Shown in pieces: positions 1-9,086 of a stretch of 64,000 nt of DNA. The translations under genes and the position numbers were made by a program. Below the pieces are notes generated by a model. The model was given only the letters and a program-made list of their open reading frames with translations, did no database searches and was not told where the DNA came from. The stretch lies in sequence record NC_070882.1, one strand, 5' to 3'. Position 1 is the first letter of the stretch, and each line of letters opens with the position of its first letter.

Positions 1-215
1 TCTATCTACCTTATGCTGCACTGGCTATTTCAACAGGTGTACTAGCTGCATGTACCTGTGTTTTAGGTATCGGTAATGCACTAGTTGATCCAAATGCCTG
101 CGATACACCTAAACACTGGAGAGAGTATCGTTATTATCTAATCGCTGGATTTGGGTTCTTCACTGTTGCTATGTTCGCAGCAGCTAATCTCAAATATGCA
201 TTTAAGTTCATTTAA
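1..215 (+). CDS. 3' end of small membrane protein (5'-truncated by window)
   Basis: Frame 3 open from window start to TAA at 213-215; two hydrophobic segments (AALAISTGVLAACTCVLGIG; YYLIAGFGFFTVAMFAAA). Confidence 0.7.
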   Translation, partial: YLPYAALAISTGVLAACTCVLGIGNALVDPNACDTPKHWREYRYYLIAGFGFFTVAMFAAANLKYAFKFI

Positions 216-219
216 AGCC

Positions 220-227
220 TATATTAC
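220..227 (+). promoter_or_regulatory. phiKZ-type early promoter TATATTAC
   Basis: Exact TATATTAC with upstream TTTAAA and downstream TGTGA, before SD AAGGA and ORF 263. Confidence 0.75.
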
Positions 228-262
228 AACTGTGAATATACACCCACATAAAGGACAATGTA

Positions 263-457
263 ATGGCTATTATCACCAATGTATTTGCTTTCGCTATCAT
301 CACTCTGTTCATCGTCTTTTTCCTGAAACAGGGACTTGCGGTCATGGGTGTCAAAACGAACCACCTGCCGATTAAACTGGCTAAAGCTTTCAATGCATCT
401 GGTCCTTTGGCAGCAATCCTTCTTGCCGTATACTTGATCATGGCAACCTTTTTATAA
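263..457 (+). CDS. Small 2-TM membrane protein
   Basis: 64 aa, SD AAGGA, two hydrophobic helices. Confidence 0.75.
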   Translation: MAIITNVFAFAIITLFIVFFLKQGLAVMGVKTNHLPIKLAKAFNASGPLAAILLAVYLIMATFL

Positions 458-477
458 CATCTTTCTGAGTTGATACC

Positions 478-666
478 ATGGGATGGATTGTACTGATACT
501 CACCTTCTTCGCTTCTCTTACGGTTGGAGGTGTAATGACTTTCTATGGCTTGGTAGCTAGTAGTAAAACCTTTTCAGATAGAATCTCTATGGTTCTATTT
601 GGCGTAGTTATTATTGCTATCACCGGCTATAGTGGATATCATTTATTCGACATGCTTCCAAAATAG
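478..666 (+). CDS. Small 2-TM membrane protein
   Basis: 62 aa, two hydrophobic helices, tandem operon. Confidence 0.75.
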   Translation: MGWIVLILTFFASLTVGGVMTFYGLVASSKTFSDRISMVLFGVVIIAITGYSGYHLFDMLPK

Positions 667-674
667 GAGTTAAC

Positions 675-935
675 ATGGATTTGATGTTTACTAACCCAAT
701 AGCGTTTATTTACGGGACACTTAGCTTTCCTGGACTACTGTTCATGACTGGCTATGCTGTATCGTGGTTGTTCGTAATGGGTGTATGCAAGTGGCTTCCT
801 AATTGGAAGTACCTCTGCATGTTCCTCTGCGTCAGTTGGGCAATTAGCTTTGCGATTTATCTAGTAATGATCATTACGGCCCTGGTTAGCGTGTATACCC
901 CTCTCCAGTTACCGCCGTGGACGCTCATGAACTAA
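675..935 (+). CDS. Small membrane protein (2-3 TM)
   Basis: 86 aa, SD AGGAG, hydrophobic throughout. Confidence 0.8.
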   Translation: MDLMFTNPIAFIYGTLSFPGLLFMTGYAVSWLFVMGVCKWLPNWKYLCMFLCVSWAISFAIYLVMIITALVSVYTPLQLPPWTLMN

Positions 936-948
936 CAAGGAGTTAATC

Positions 949-1188
949 ATGGAAACCATCATGCTGATCTGGTGGATCTCTATTTCGATTATCGCTGGGT
1001 CCCTGTTCGTAGCAAAACTGGTAAAAGATAACGATGATGTTCGTCGAACTCGTTTACCAAAGAAAGATATCATCATGCTCGACCGCATTAATATGATTTG
1101 CACTGCTCTCATATGGGGAGCTGCTATCGTAGCGCTGATCACTCTCTTCTTGGGTGGTCTTTTCATGATGATTGAAGCACAAGTGTAA
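949..1188 (+). CDS. Small 2-TM membrane protein
   Basis: 79 aa, SD AAGGAG, two TM segments around a charged loop. Confidence 0.8.
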   Translation: METIMLIWWISISIIAGSLFVAKLVKDNDDVRRTRLPKKDIIMLDRINMICTALIWGAAIVALITLFLGGLFMMIEAQV

Positions 1189-1198
1189 GACGGCATAA

Positions 1199-1240
1199 AG
1201 CTCCTACCTTCGGGTAGGAGCTATGCTTTATTTTTTTTAT
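1199..1240. terminator. Bidirectional intrinsic terminator
   Basis: AGCTCCTACC-TTCG-GGTAGGAGCT hairpin plus T-run between convergent genes. Confidence 0.9.
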
Positions 1241-1659
1241 TTTAATCCAAGATCTTTCTCGATTTGTCTAGCTTGCGATGTACTTTGAATAGCCTTCGAC
1301 TCTGCAAGTTCAATCATGAACAAACAATCATTAAAGGGTAGTTCAAAGAACTCTAGTAAAGATAAACCATAAATGTCATTGATCTTGTAATTGACAAACT
1401 TCCGTATCCAAGTTCTTTCAGGTCCACCTTCTACGACGTTTTCCTTAGGATGCATTCTAACCAGATCTAAAGGATCAGCCTCTGGTGAATCATGATCGAA
1501 AATACCGTAGTCTTTATGGTAGGCCTTCCTGGTCAACATTTCGGCAATAGCTGGCCTTACGGCATCTAGCGTTCGCACGAGTTCATCGAATGCACTCTTA
1601 CCATTAACAGTCTTGCGACCGAAAGAGTTCATTGTAACGTGCCCGTTGTCGTCCTCCAA
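1237..1659 (-). CDS. Conserved phiKZ-like hypothetical protein (gp76-like); possible gpT/E'-like tail chaperone part
   Basis: 140 aa from TTG, or 131 aa from ATG 1632; start weak; LSLLEFFELP motif. Confidence 0.6.
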   Translation of the reverse strand: MEDDNGHVTMNSFGRKTVNGKSAFDELVRTLDAVRPAIAEMLTRKAYHKDYGIFDHDSPEADPLDLVRMHPKENVVEGGPERTWIRKFVNYKINDIYGLSLLEFFELPFNDCLFMIELAESKAIQSTSQARQIEKDLGLK

Positions 1660-1697
1660 ATTAATTGTTAGACGACTATGCCGGGGGTCCTCGTTGA

Positions 1698-3299
1698 TTA
1701 CTCCAGGTGCTTGGCTTTCTGGCCCGCCAACGTGAAAAATATTGCCATCATGTCTAGCGGTACAAGGTGCGGGAAACGTTCGTTGAATGCTTGGCCCTGA
1801 GGACCTTTACATTCTTTGCAGTTATGCGATGGAAGAGCTACCACAGCCAGTACACAAGAGTTAGTATACTCATGTACGGTATCAAAGAACTGTTCCGCGT
1901 ACTGCGGATCACTCAGAGTGTTCGCCAGATAATCACTAATGATTTCCTGATCGTCGGAAAGCAGTTGATCTTCGAAGTCTTCTACATCGTCGTCCTTTTC
2001 ATAGATACCATCTACCCAATGAGCATACTGCATGGCGATAGTAGCTTTACTCAGTTTATCAATGTACGCTGAACGTTGAACACCATGTGGCGGTTCGTTA
2101 AATGTACCTTGAGACATTTCGATCAATGTCTGAGACCACTGAGAAGCAGCCATCTTACGTTGAGCGATAGTCGGGATAGCAAGACGAACACCAATATCAC
2201 CAAACCAGAATACTTTCTTACCGCCAATACCGAAACCTTCACGGTAAGCTTTGAAGTCTTCATCCGTAGCGGGTGCAAATTTCTTAGCGATAAATTTACG
2301 CTGATCATTACTGAATACAGTGTTGTCAAACCAAACGATAGACGACATGTTAAGTTTTGCAGTGATACGAGCCGTACAGTTGTCCGGGTCTGCAATACAT
2401 GGAACGTCGTAGTTGAATCCATCAATGTACATTGTAGAAGCTAGGGCATGATGCAGGATAGCTTCATCAAAGATCGATAGTTCATGTTCCAGGTCACTTG
2501 GAGTAATGAAGGACTTGTTCGATGCAATAACACAAGACAGAGCCAGGTCAGTCATCGCGTTCATCATTACGGAACCAGCGTTAGAGAACGACATGCCTTT
2601 GGTTTGCATTCCCAGCCGCAGCTTGATCTGCTGCATTTCTGTTTGCAATGCGACTACTTCAGTAAGTGTCGGAGCACGCAGGCGAAGCCAGATACCCGAA
2701 CGAGGCATAAACGTTTCGTATGTCGCACCAAGACCAGATTTCTTGGAGAGGTATGCCAACAGTTCTTCTTTACTGTGTCGTTTATTACGATCGATCTTTT
2801 GAGAAGGGCGGCCTGGTCGAATAAGGTTACCGTTATCATGACCAGTAATACCTTGTTGCCATACAGAACCTTCACGTTCCGTCCCACCGATAGGAGTGGG
2901 GTCAAGGTTAGTATGGTTCATACCAGCTACTAGAGAAATCAACCAATCTCGGTCACTGCTAGTAGTAGTGAGATCACCTTGGTGCATTCCATTCAATAGC
3001 GCCGAGTGACGTTCCAATACCTGGTTAAAGGTCTTGGGGTTTTCTAGAATGAAACTCATCAAAGAGGTCATACCAGGAATAGCTTCACTAGAACAAGAAC
3101 GTGTCTCAGTGAAGTTAACTGGTTTCTGGTCAATTACCAGAGGAGGTAGTTCAACAGCAGGCGAAGAAGATACTTCTTCCGCAGATGCGTCCGGTAGAGT
3201 GGGACCCGTGGGCCCCTGTTCTACTTCTGCATCAGCTTGCTGTTCCCAATTACCCTCAGCAGGATAATTGTCTTCTTTATCCATATCAAGCTCTTGCAT
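1698..3299 (-). CDS. Conserved phiKZ-like protein (gp77-like); possible tail/baseplate assembly chaperone
   Basis: 533 aa; acidic N-terminus, LRLRAPT motifs, Cys clusters (PCIADPDNC, NCKEC); function inferred. Confidence 0.6.
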   Translation of the reverse strand: MQELDMDKEDNYPAEGNWEQQADAEVEQGPTGPTLPDASAEEVSSSPAVELPPLVIDQKPVNFTETRSCSSEAIPGMTSLMSFILENPKTFNQVLERHSALLNGMHQGDLTTTSSDRDWLISLVAGMNHTNLDPTPIGGTEREGSVWQQGITGHDNGNLIRPGRPSQKIDRNKRHSKEELLAYLSKKSGLGATYETFMPRSGIWLRLRAPTLTEVVALQTEMQQIKLRLGMQTKGMSFSNAGSVMMNAMTDLALSCVIASNKSFITPSDLEHELSIFDEAILHHALASTMYIDGFNYDVPCIADPDNCTARITAKLNMSSIVWFDNTVFSNDQRKFIAKKFAPATDEDFKAYREGFGIGGKKVFWFGDIGVRLAIPTIAQRKMAASQWSQTLIEMSQGTFNEPPHGVQRSAYIDKLSKATIAMQYAHWVDGIYEKDDDVEDFEDQLLSDDQEIISDYLANTLSDPQYAEQFFDTVHEYTNSCVLAVVALPSHNCKECKGPQGQAFNERFPHLVPLDMMAIFFTLAGQKAKHLE

Positions 3300-3310
3300 T
3301 TTGTATTACC

Positions 3311-3907
3311 TTATTTCACGAAGGAAACAGTATCAACACCAGCTTCTTGCATCTTAGCAATGAGACCCATCAGCAGTGGTTGAACAGCTGTTTCTACTTT
3401 ATGTTGGAGATTTGCGTAACCCAAAGTCAGCTTACCGATTTGATCGAGATCAGCCAGATCAGGTGTACCAGTTTTGTTTACGTGAAGAATACTAAGAGCT
3501 TCCAGAGCACTGATCATCTGTTCAATATCAGACATGCAGTTTTGCAGATCTTTAGAGAAACCTTCAGGATCACTGAGTTTACTCAGAATTTCTTCACGAC
3601 GCTCCAGCGCCGGAATGATAACAATGGAAGTAGCATTAAGAGCAGCAGCTGTAGTGCGATACAATTCGCGAAGAATGGCCCAGCCATCTTCTTTAATGAG
3701 TTGTTGTGCTGCTACAGCAGAAGCTTCTACAGCTTGGTCCAGTTGTTCTTTCGGGGACAGTGCGGTCATTTGATTGTGCTCCAATTTTGGATTATGGGGG
3801 AATATTTTATCAAGGGCTTCAGAGAGCCGTTTTTCATCTTCAGGAGTTGGTTTTGGATGGTGTATTGTATCCATCAAATTAAACGGCAGCTCACTAAACT
3901 TACTCAT
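3311..3907 (-). CDS. Hypothetical helical protein (gp78-like)
   Basis: 198 aa, SD AGGAG, operon with 1698-3299. Confidence 0.7.
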   Translation of the reverse strand: MSKFSELPFNLMDTIHHPKPTPEDEKRLSEALDKIFPHNPKLEHNQMTALSPKEQLDQAVEASAVAAQQLIKEDGWAILRELYRTTAAALNATSIVIIPALERREEILSKLSDPEGFSKDLQNCMSDIEQMISALEALSILHVNKTGTPDLADLDQIGKLTLGYANLQHKVETAVQPLLMGLIAKMQEAGVDTVSFVK

Positions 3908-4031
3908 TGAAGCTCCTAATGGAATAGTGTAGTAACATAGATGTTACAGGAAACGTAACTTTTCACATATTACGAAGACATACCTGCAACATAACCGTAT
4001 GTTAGATATTCATTTATACAGGATAATTCCA

Positions 4032-4883
4032 ATGAAAGAAATGCTAGATAGTATCCTCACTCCCCTAGTGATGGAAGAACGAAAAGAAATCATGCTTGAA
4101 TGCGTAGCTTCCCTAGAGGAAATGGATTACTCGGCAGCTCTTGATGAACTGCATACCGTTTGCTCTATTGCTGATGACAATGCAGACACTATGATGTTGC
4201 TTGGCCGTATTGACGATATTATCCGTGTGGCCCATGATCAGGTTCTAGCTGCACACGAAGTAAAAGTATCGGATGAGGCGACACAAGAGCAACGGCTTGC
4301 AATTGTCCGTACTATTTTAGGTTTGCCAAATTATATTCTTCCTGATCAGATTGAGTTGATTCTACAAGGCGATTTCGATAATGAGGAAATTCTTGCTCAT
4401 CTGGTACCTATGTTTGAACGCCTTTCTTTCGACGAAGTATGGCCTTTAATTAATGAAGTATCTGTTTCTTTCATCGATGCTTTAAAAGCGATGGTGCAAG
4501 ACACTATGATGACGCGTGGTCACATCGACGAATACATCGCTCCTGTATCCCGTATCCGTGTTCTTAATCGATTGATGAATACCATAGGTCGAGATAAGTT
4601 TAGTATGGTTCTCGAACTGTCTAATTCTGGTATGCGAGTCGGACATGACTGGTTAGAACTCCTTTCTAATAGTCTTGAAAGCCTGGACAATAAGAACGCT
4701 CAAGATGCGGCTTATGAAATGGTAGGTCTTGCATTCTTCTCTAATCTTCACCTCGATAGTATCTATAGCACTGTTAAAGTTTCTATCGATGAATACACAG
4801 AGAACGAGATGGAACGTAATATCATGGAACGGGTGATCGACGAGATCAAGCGTAAAATGGGAAAGCTCTATGAAACTGCGTGA
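4032..4883 (+). CDS. Conserved hypothetical protein (gp79-like)
   Basis: Start moved to ATG 4032 after SD AGGA; overlaps start of the RNAP gene. Confidence 0.75.
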   Translation: MKEMLDSILTPLVMEERKEIMLECVASLEEMDYSAALDELHTVCSIADDNADTMMLLGRIDDIIRVAHDQVLAAHEVKVSDEATQEQRLAIVRTILGLPNYILPDQIELILQGDFDNEEILAHLVPMFERLSFDEVWPLINEVSVSFIDALKAMVQDTMMTRGHIDEYIAPVSRIRVLNRLMNTIGRDKFSMVLELSNSGMRVGHDWLELLSNSLESLDNKNAQDAAYEMVGLAFFSNLHLDSIYSTVKVSIDEYTENEMERNIMERVIDEIKRKMGKLYETA

Positions 4884-6213
4884 TTATTTCCTTTTAGGAA
4901 TTAAAGCTGGTCTATGTAAAAAACGTGCTTGGATGAACAGTCTGTTCAACATCGTTTATAATAACGATGATATTCCTAACATGCCTTATAAGCCACATTT
5001 TGGTGAAGGCCGAATGTGGTTCTACATGCCGAATGGCGATGAGAAAATTTTCATCGATGATTACATCGAAGGTCGAGCTCCTTTACACTTCCGTGATGAA
5101 TTCATTTTACAACCGGGTGAAATAGAAAACTACAAAGGTACTGAACCGTTACGTACTACGTATGGCAATGTATTCGTTAACTACCTCTGTCTGGTCCTTC
5201 CGTTCGGGGATATCTTCCCATTTCAGACAGGATATTTCTCACCTGCTAAAATTGAGAATGAGCTGCTAGATAGACTGATTGACGACCGTGAAGATGGTAA
5301 CGTCACTGAACGAGCACCGGATGGTAAGATCTACGTTTGGCAATATCTAATGTTTGCGGATCATTGTCTAGCTATTCCCGCTTACGCCGATAGCCTTGTT
5401 ACTTCTGTTACACGTAAATCGATGACTGCTCACCCAGACAGAGATAAAGTACGTGCAGCTCTTTTGGAACAATATAAAGATCAATTAACTGACCCAGCTA
5501 TTGTTGCAAAAATAGGTAACGAACTTATTAAGATGGATGAAGAGTATCTATCTGACGATGAGTCGTATGAGTTCTATGATGCAAAACATGCTAAGCTATT
5601 CGGCGGTGTTCGTAAGAAAGTTCACTATCTATTTGGTGGTGAATCTCCGTTCTCGGATGGTACGTCGGTTGAACTTATCTCTAAGTCACTTGAAGAAGGC
5701 ATTGATACAGATCACATGCCTGTGATGAACAACTCTCTTCGTTATGGTTCTTATAACCGTGGTGCTCAGACTGCATTGGGTGGCGAGTCCACCAAGACTA
5801 TTTATCGAATGGTCGGTACAGTCCGAATTATAGAACCTGACTGTAAAACACATATTGGTGTTCCAACGCGAGTAGATAAGTTTAATGCTAAAGAACTCGT
5901 TGGTTACACTATGGTTAAGGATGGAGAATCCATTCTTATTACCTCTGAAAACATTGATGGACTTATGGGTCAAATTATCGATGTACGCGGTCCAATGACG
6001 TGTAAGTCTGGACGTGACATTGAAAAGGGTATCCTTGGACGAGATAAGAATATCTGTGCTACTTGTGCGGGTAAAGCTCTTGCTGAGAACCCCAACGGTA
6101 TTCCTGCTGCGGCAGCTGGTGTGGGTGGACGCTTCTTGAGTATCTTCATGTCGAAGATGCACAGTGCTACTCTGAAGACTGTTAAATGGGACCCGGTCCG
6201 TCGTCTTTCTTAA
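4870..6213 (+). CDS. rpoC: Virion RNA polymerase beta' subunit fragment (phiKZ gp80-like)
   Basis: RGPMTC...ICATCAG zinc site and GIPAAAAGVGG..FMSKMH resemble RpoC RSPLTC..VCAKCYG and GIIAAQSIGEP..MRTFH. Confidence 0.9.
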   Translation: MKLRDYFLLGIKAGLCKKRAWMNSLFNIVYNNDDIPNMPYKPHFGEGRMWFYMPNGDEKIFIDDYIEGRAPLHFRDEFILQPGEIENYKGTEPLRTTYGNVFVNYLCLVLPFGDIFPFQTGYFSPAKIENELLDRLIDDREDGNVTERAPDGKIYVWQYLMFADHCLAIPAYADSLVTSVTRKSMTAHPDRDKVRAALLEQYKDQLTDPAIVAKIGNELIKMDEEYLSDDESYEFYDAKHAKLFGGVRKKVHYLFGGESPFSDGTSVELISKSLEEGIDTDHMPVMNNSLRYGSYNRGAQTALGGESTKTIYRMVGTVRIIEPDCKTHIGVPTRVDKFNAKELVGYTMVKDGESILITSENIDGLMGQIIDVRGPMTCKSGRDIEKGILGRDKNICATCAGKALAENPNGIPAAAAGVGGRFLSIFMSKMHSATLKTVKWDPVRRLS

Positions 6214-6275
6214 GACAAAGGGGAATCTTACCAATTCCCCTAATTCTTTGACTATTCACAAACTAGGAAATCCCC

Positions 6276-7706
6276 ATGGCTAAAAATCGAAATCGTGGTT
6301 TCTCTATTCCTACCGTAGCTAAACCGGTAGAACCTGTTACTCCTGTTATTCCGGAAACTCCCCAAGAGACACCGGTTGAATACGGTCCCCTTTCTTTTGA
6401 AGAACTACAAGCTGCTTTCGAAGGTCATGATGACAACGAAGTAGCAGCACTCGTATCTCCTGTTCTAGCTGCACTCCATCGTGATGCGTTCTATGATGAC
6501 GATGGTCGGATGCTGACTTGCGGTGAAGTTGTTGATAAGTTCGATACCGATGTTGAATCTGAAGCCGAAGCTGAAGACAGTGGTGACCCTAAAGGAGAAG
6601 AAGAAAGTGATCTCGAAGAGACTACTGATCTTCCTCCGGAAGGTGAAACCGAAGAAGAGCTGGCTGATCCAGAACCTACCCCCGCTCTGGTCTATCTGCT
6701 TCGAGAAGAAGCTACCGCAGCTATTTCTGAACCTGAAGTAGTTGAGGAAGTCAAGCCTCTCGTTGATACTCCTGTATCGGGTTGGACTAAAGAAGAACTC
6801 GAACTGTATATCAAAGGCGAGCTTGTTGAAGATGTTCGTTACAATGTTCTGAAGGAAGCTATTGTTGAACATCAACGCCGTGAAGCTACTCTTGATCTAG
6901 CCTGGAATCCACAGCAATGTAAAGAGTTCCTTGTCAGTGGTATTGTTCCTGACAAAACTTCTAAAGGTGCTTGGAAATCCGACATCACTCGTTTTGCACG
7001 TAAAGCAACTCAATGGACCACACAAGAACTTGAAAGCTGGGCTCTTGGTGAGATTCGCCCGGAGGGTTCTACCAGTGAACCCGCACTGGCCGTTGAACTG
7101 AAAGAACGTTTGATGTTGGTTAGTAAGAGCAATGCTCCTGAAGATGTCATCCTGGCTTATAAAGCTCAAACCGGACAAACAACTCAGACTACCCATTTGA
7201 CCGGAACTATTCCGACTGCGGCTGCTCCGAAAGTAGATGTCGAAGCTGTTCGTATCCAACTCTCCTACGAAGGACTTACCGAAGTGAACCAAACTTACAT
7301 TGAAGAAACTCTCAAGAAATACAAAGAAATTTGTGCTCCGGGTAAACCACTGACTCCGCAAACTGGTGTCATGGCGCAGAAACAACTGGATAACGTTATT
7401 CGTTATGTTATCAATCTCGAAGATCCAGTTGGCTTTAAGAACGGTATGGAAATTATTCGGAAATTCATTACCGAAAACCGTAAATCTCCTGGCCTGTTCG
7501 ATGATAGCCATGCATTCCGTTTCACTGATGGTTTGAGTGTTCAAGGTGGTGTACAAGAATCGCACATTCAGATCCTGACTCTGTTCTTCATCTTCGCCGA
7601 TGAGAACAAAGAAGCGCGGACCCAGTACGATGTTCCTAGTCTGGTATCCCTCTTCCCGACTAAGCGTCAACCTCTCCTGCTTCAGTACTTCCAACAAGTA
7701 CAGTAA
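6276..7706 (+). CDS. Conserved hypothetical protein (gp81-like)
   Basis: 476 aa; acidic/Pro-rich N-terminus; three W-x-x-x-E/Q-L/C repeats. Confidence 0.8.
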   Translation: MAKNRNRGFSIPTVAKPVEPVTPVIPETPQETPVEYGPLSFEELQAAFEGHDDNEVAALVSPVLAALHRDAFYDDDGRMLTCGEVVDKFDTDVESEAEAEDSGDPKGEEESDLEETTDLPPEGETEEELADPEPTPALVYLLREEATAAISEPEVVEEVKPLVDTPVSGWTKEELELYIKGELVEDVRYNVLKEAIVEHQRREATLDLAWNPQQCKEFLVSGIVPDKTSKGAWKSDITRFARKATQWTTQELESWALGEIRPEGSTSEPALAVELKERLMLVSKSNAPEDVILAYKAQTGQTTQTTHLTGTIPTAAAPKVDVEAVRIQLSYEGLTEVNQTYIEETLKKYKEICAPGKPLTPQTGVMAQKQLDNVIRYVINLEDPVGFKNGMEIIRKFITENRKSPGLFDDSHAFRFTDGLSVQGGVQESHIQILTLFFIFADENKEARTQYDVPSLVSLFPTKRQPLLLQYFQQVQ

Positions 7707-7713
7707 ACATAAC

Positions 7714-7740
7714 GCCCTCCCTGAAGGGAGGGCTTTATGC
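7714..7740 (+). terminator. Intrinsic terminator hairpin
   Basis: GCCCTCCC-TGAA-GGGAGGGC-TTTATG. Confidence 0.8.
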
Positions 7741-7779
7741 CGGCAATGGTATAGGTTTTAAGAAAGAACAGGATTACAT

Positions 7780-9048
7780 ATGTTCGAATCATTATTAGCA
7801 GTTCTTAATAAGTACGATGATACATTTCCACCAGGATCACAAATTCCAATTGCTGGTAGTGATTACTTTAGTTATTTCGGTGGGTTTAAAGCAGGCCTAC
7901 CACAACCTGAAGCATTCTCTAATCTAGTTGGTTTCACAGAGGGTACATTACACACTAGTGAAACAACTTGGTTTAAATACAAAGAGAATAACAGACTTAT
8001 TTATTTACCGAAAACACCTTTTAGACGAGGCGCTGCTAGATCGATTATAGAGAACCATGGACTCATCGATGGTAAGGAAATACAGATCGGTAGACATAAG
8101 TTCCTATGTCGTGTTATGACGGGTATTGATAACCCTGGTGCCAGTGCAACTGGTGGCGGCGAATATAACCGTTTGGTTTATTCGATGGTAATACCCAGAC
8201 AATCTGGTGCAGCGGCATTTGAGTCATTCTCAACAAGTGACTTTGGTTTAGCTAGTACCGGTGGGGCTAATTGGGTACGTGAAGTCCAAACTACTGGTAC
8301 TGACGTAGGTAAAGGCTTCTATCGTGGTTTTAATTCAATCAGCTATGTGGGTAGAGAAGTAGCTGGTTCAAATATGAATAACTACGGATGGCGTCCAATT
8401 CTAATTTGGATTGACCCGGACATTATTCCATCGAAAGGACCTGGTACTGAATCACTTATAGCCGGTAATGACGATATAGGTTACTTTGGTCGTGTCCCAT
8501 CTAGTGAATTAATTACAGCATCTGCATTAGCTACCTTAGTTGGTTTGAGCGAGGGGACTGTTCTTAATGAGGCACCGGACTGGTTTAAGTTCTCTCACAG
8601 AAGCACCATTCTTTATATCCCACAAAAACCACTCAAAAACAACATGACATGGAATTCTCTGGCAAATGCTGGATTGAATGGTAGGGGGAAACGAATCACT
8701 ATCGGTGACAACGTATACCAGTGTCGATTGATGTATATTGGCGCTACCGATACAGGTATAACCAATAACGCTGCTCCAGGAAGAGAATGGCGTGATCTAA
8801 TGTATAACGTCCATGGAACTGTAACCGGTACAAAAGCATGGGAAAACTTAACCAACGCTGATCTCGGGGTAGGTGGACAAGGAGCCGGTAGTTATAGCTG
8901 GGGTCAGGAAACTGGCTTAGTCGATGGTAAAACAGCATATGCCGGTATCGGTTATAGTAACATGTCCCAGTTGAATATTAACGTACCCACCAATACGGGT
9001 GCACATATGGGTTGGCGTCCTGTTCTAGAGTTGATTGGTAAAGCTTAA
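7780..9048 (+). CDS. Putative virion structural/fibre-associated protein with two tandem homologous domains
   Basis: Both halves share YFG..LVG..EGT..WFK..IY.P.KP..GWRP(I/V)L; family typical of phiKZ-like phages. Confidence 0.7.
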   Translation: MFESLLAVLNKYDDTFPPGSQIPIAGSDYFSYFGGFKAGLPQPEAFSNLVGFTEGTLHTSETTWFKYKENNRLIYLPKTPFRRGAARSIIENHGLIDGKEIQIGRHKFLCRVMTGIDNPGASATGGGEYNRLVYSMVIPRQSGAAAFESFSTSDFGLASTGGANWVREVQTTGTDVGKGFYRGFNSISYVGREVAGSNMNNYGWRPILIWIDPDIIPSKGPGTESLIAGNDDIGYFGRVPSSELITASALATLVGLSEGTVLNEAPDWFKFSHRSTILYIPQKPLKNNMTWNSLANAGLNGRGKRITIGDNVYQCRLMYIGATDTGITNNAAPGREWRDLMYNVHGTVTGTKAWENLTNADLGVGGQGAGSYSWGQETGLVDGKTAYAGIGYSNMSQLNINVPTNTGAHMGWRPVLELIGKA

Positions 9049-9057
9049 CGGCATAAA

Positions 9058-9077
9058 GCCCCACCTAATGGTGGGGC
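9058..9077. terminator. Bidirectional terminator
   Basis: GCCCCACC-TAAT-GGTGGGGC between convergent genes. Confidence 0.8.
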
Positions 9078-9086
9078 AATATGTTG

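Noticed and set aside
3966-3973. CATATTAC as an early promoter
   Set aside because: One mismatch in the core and neither flanking element; precedes core genes
4870-6213. Split RNA polymerase subunits as a novelty (also 57219-58844)
   Set aside because: Established hallmark of phiKZ-like phages
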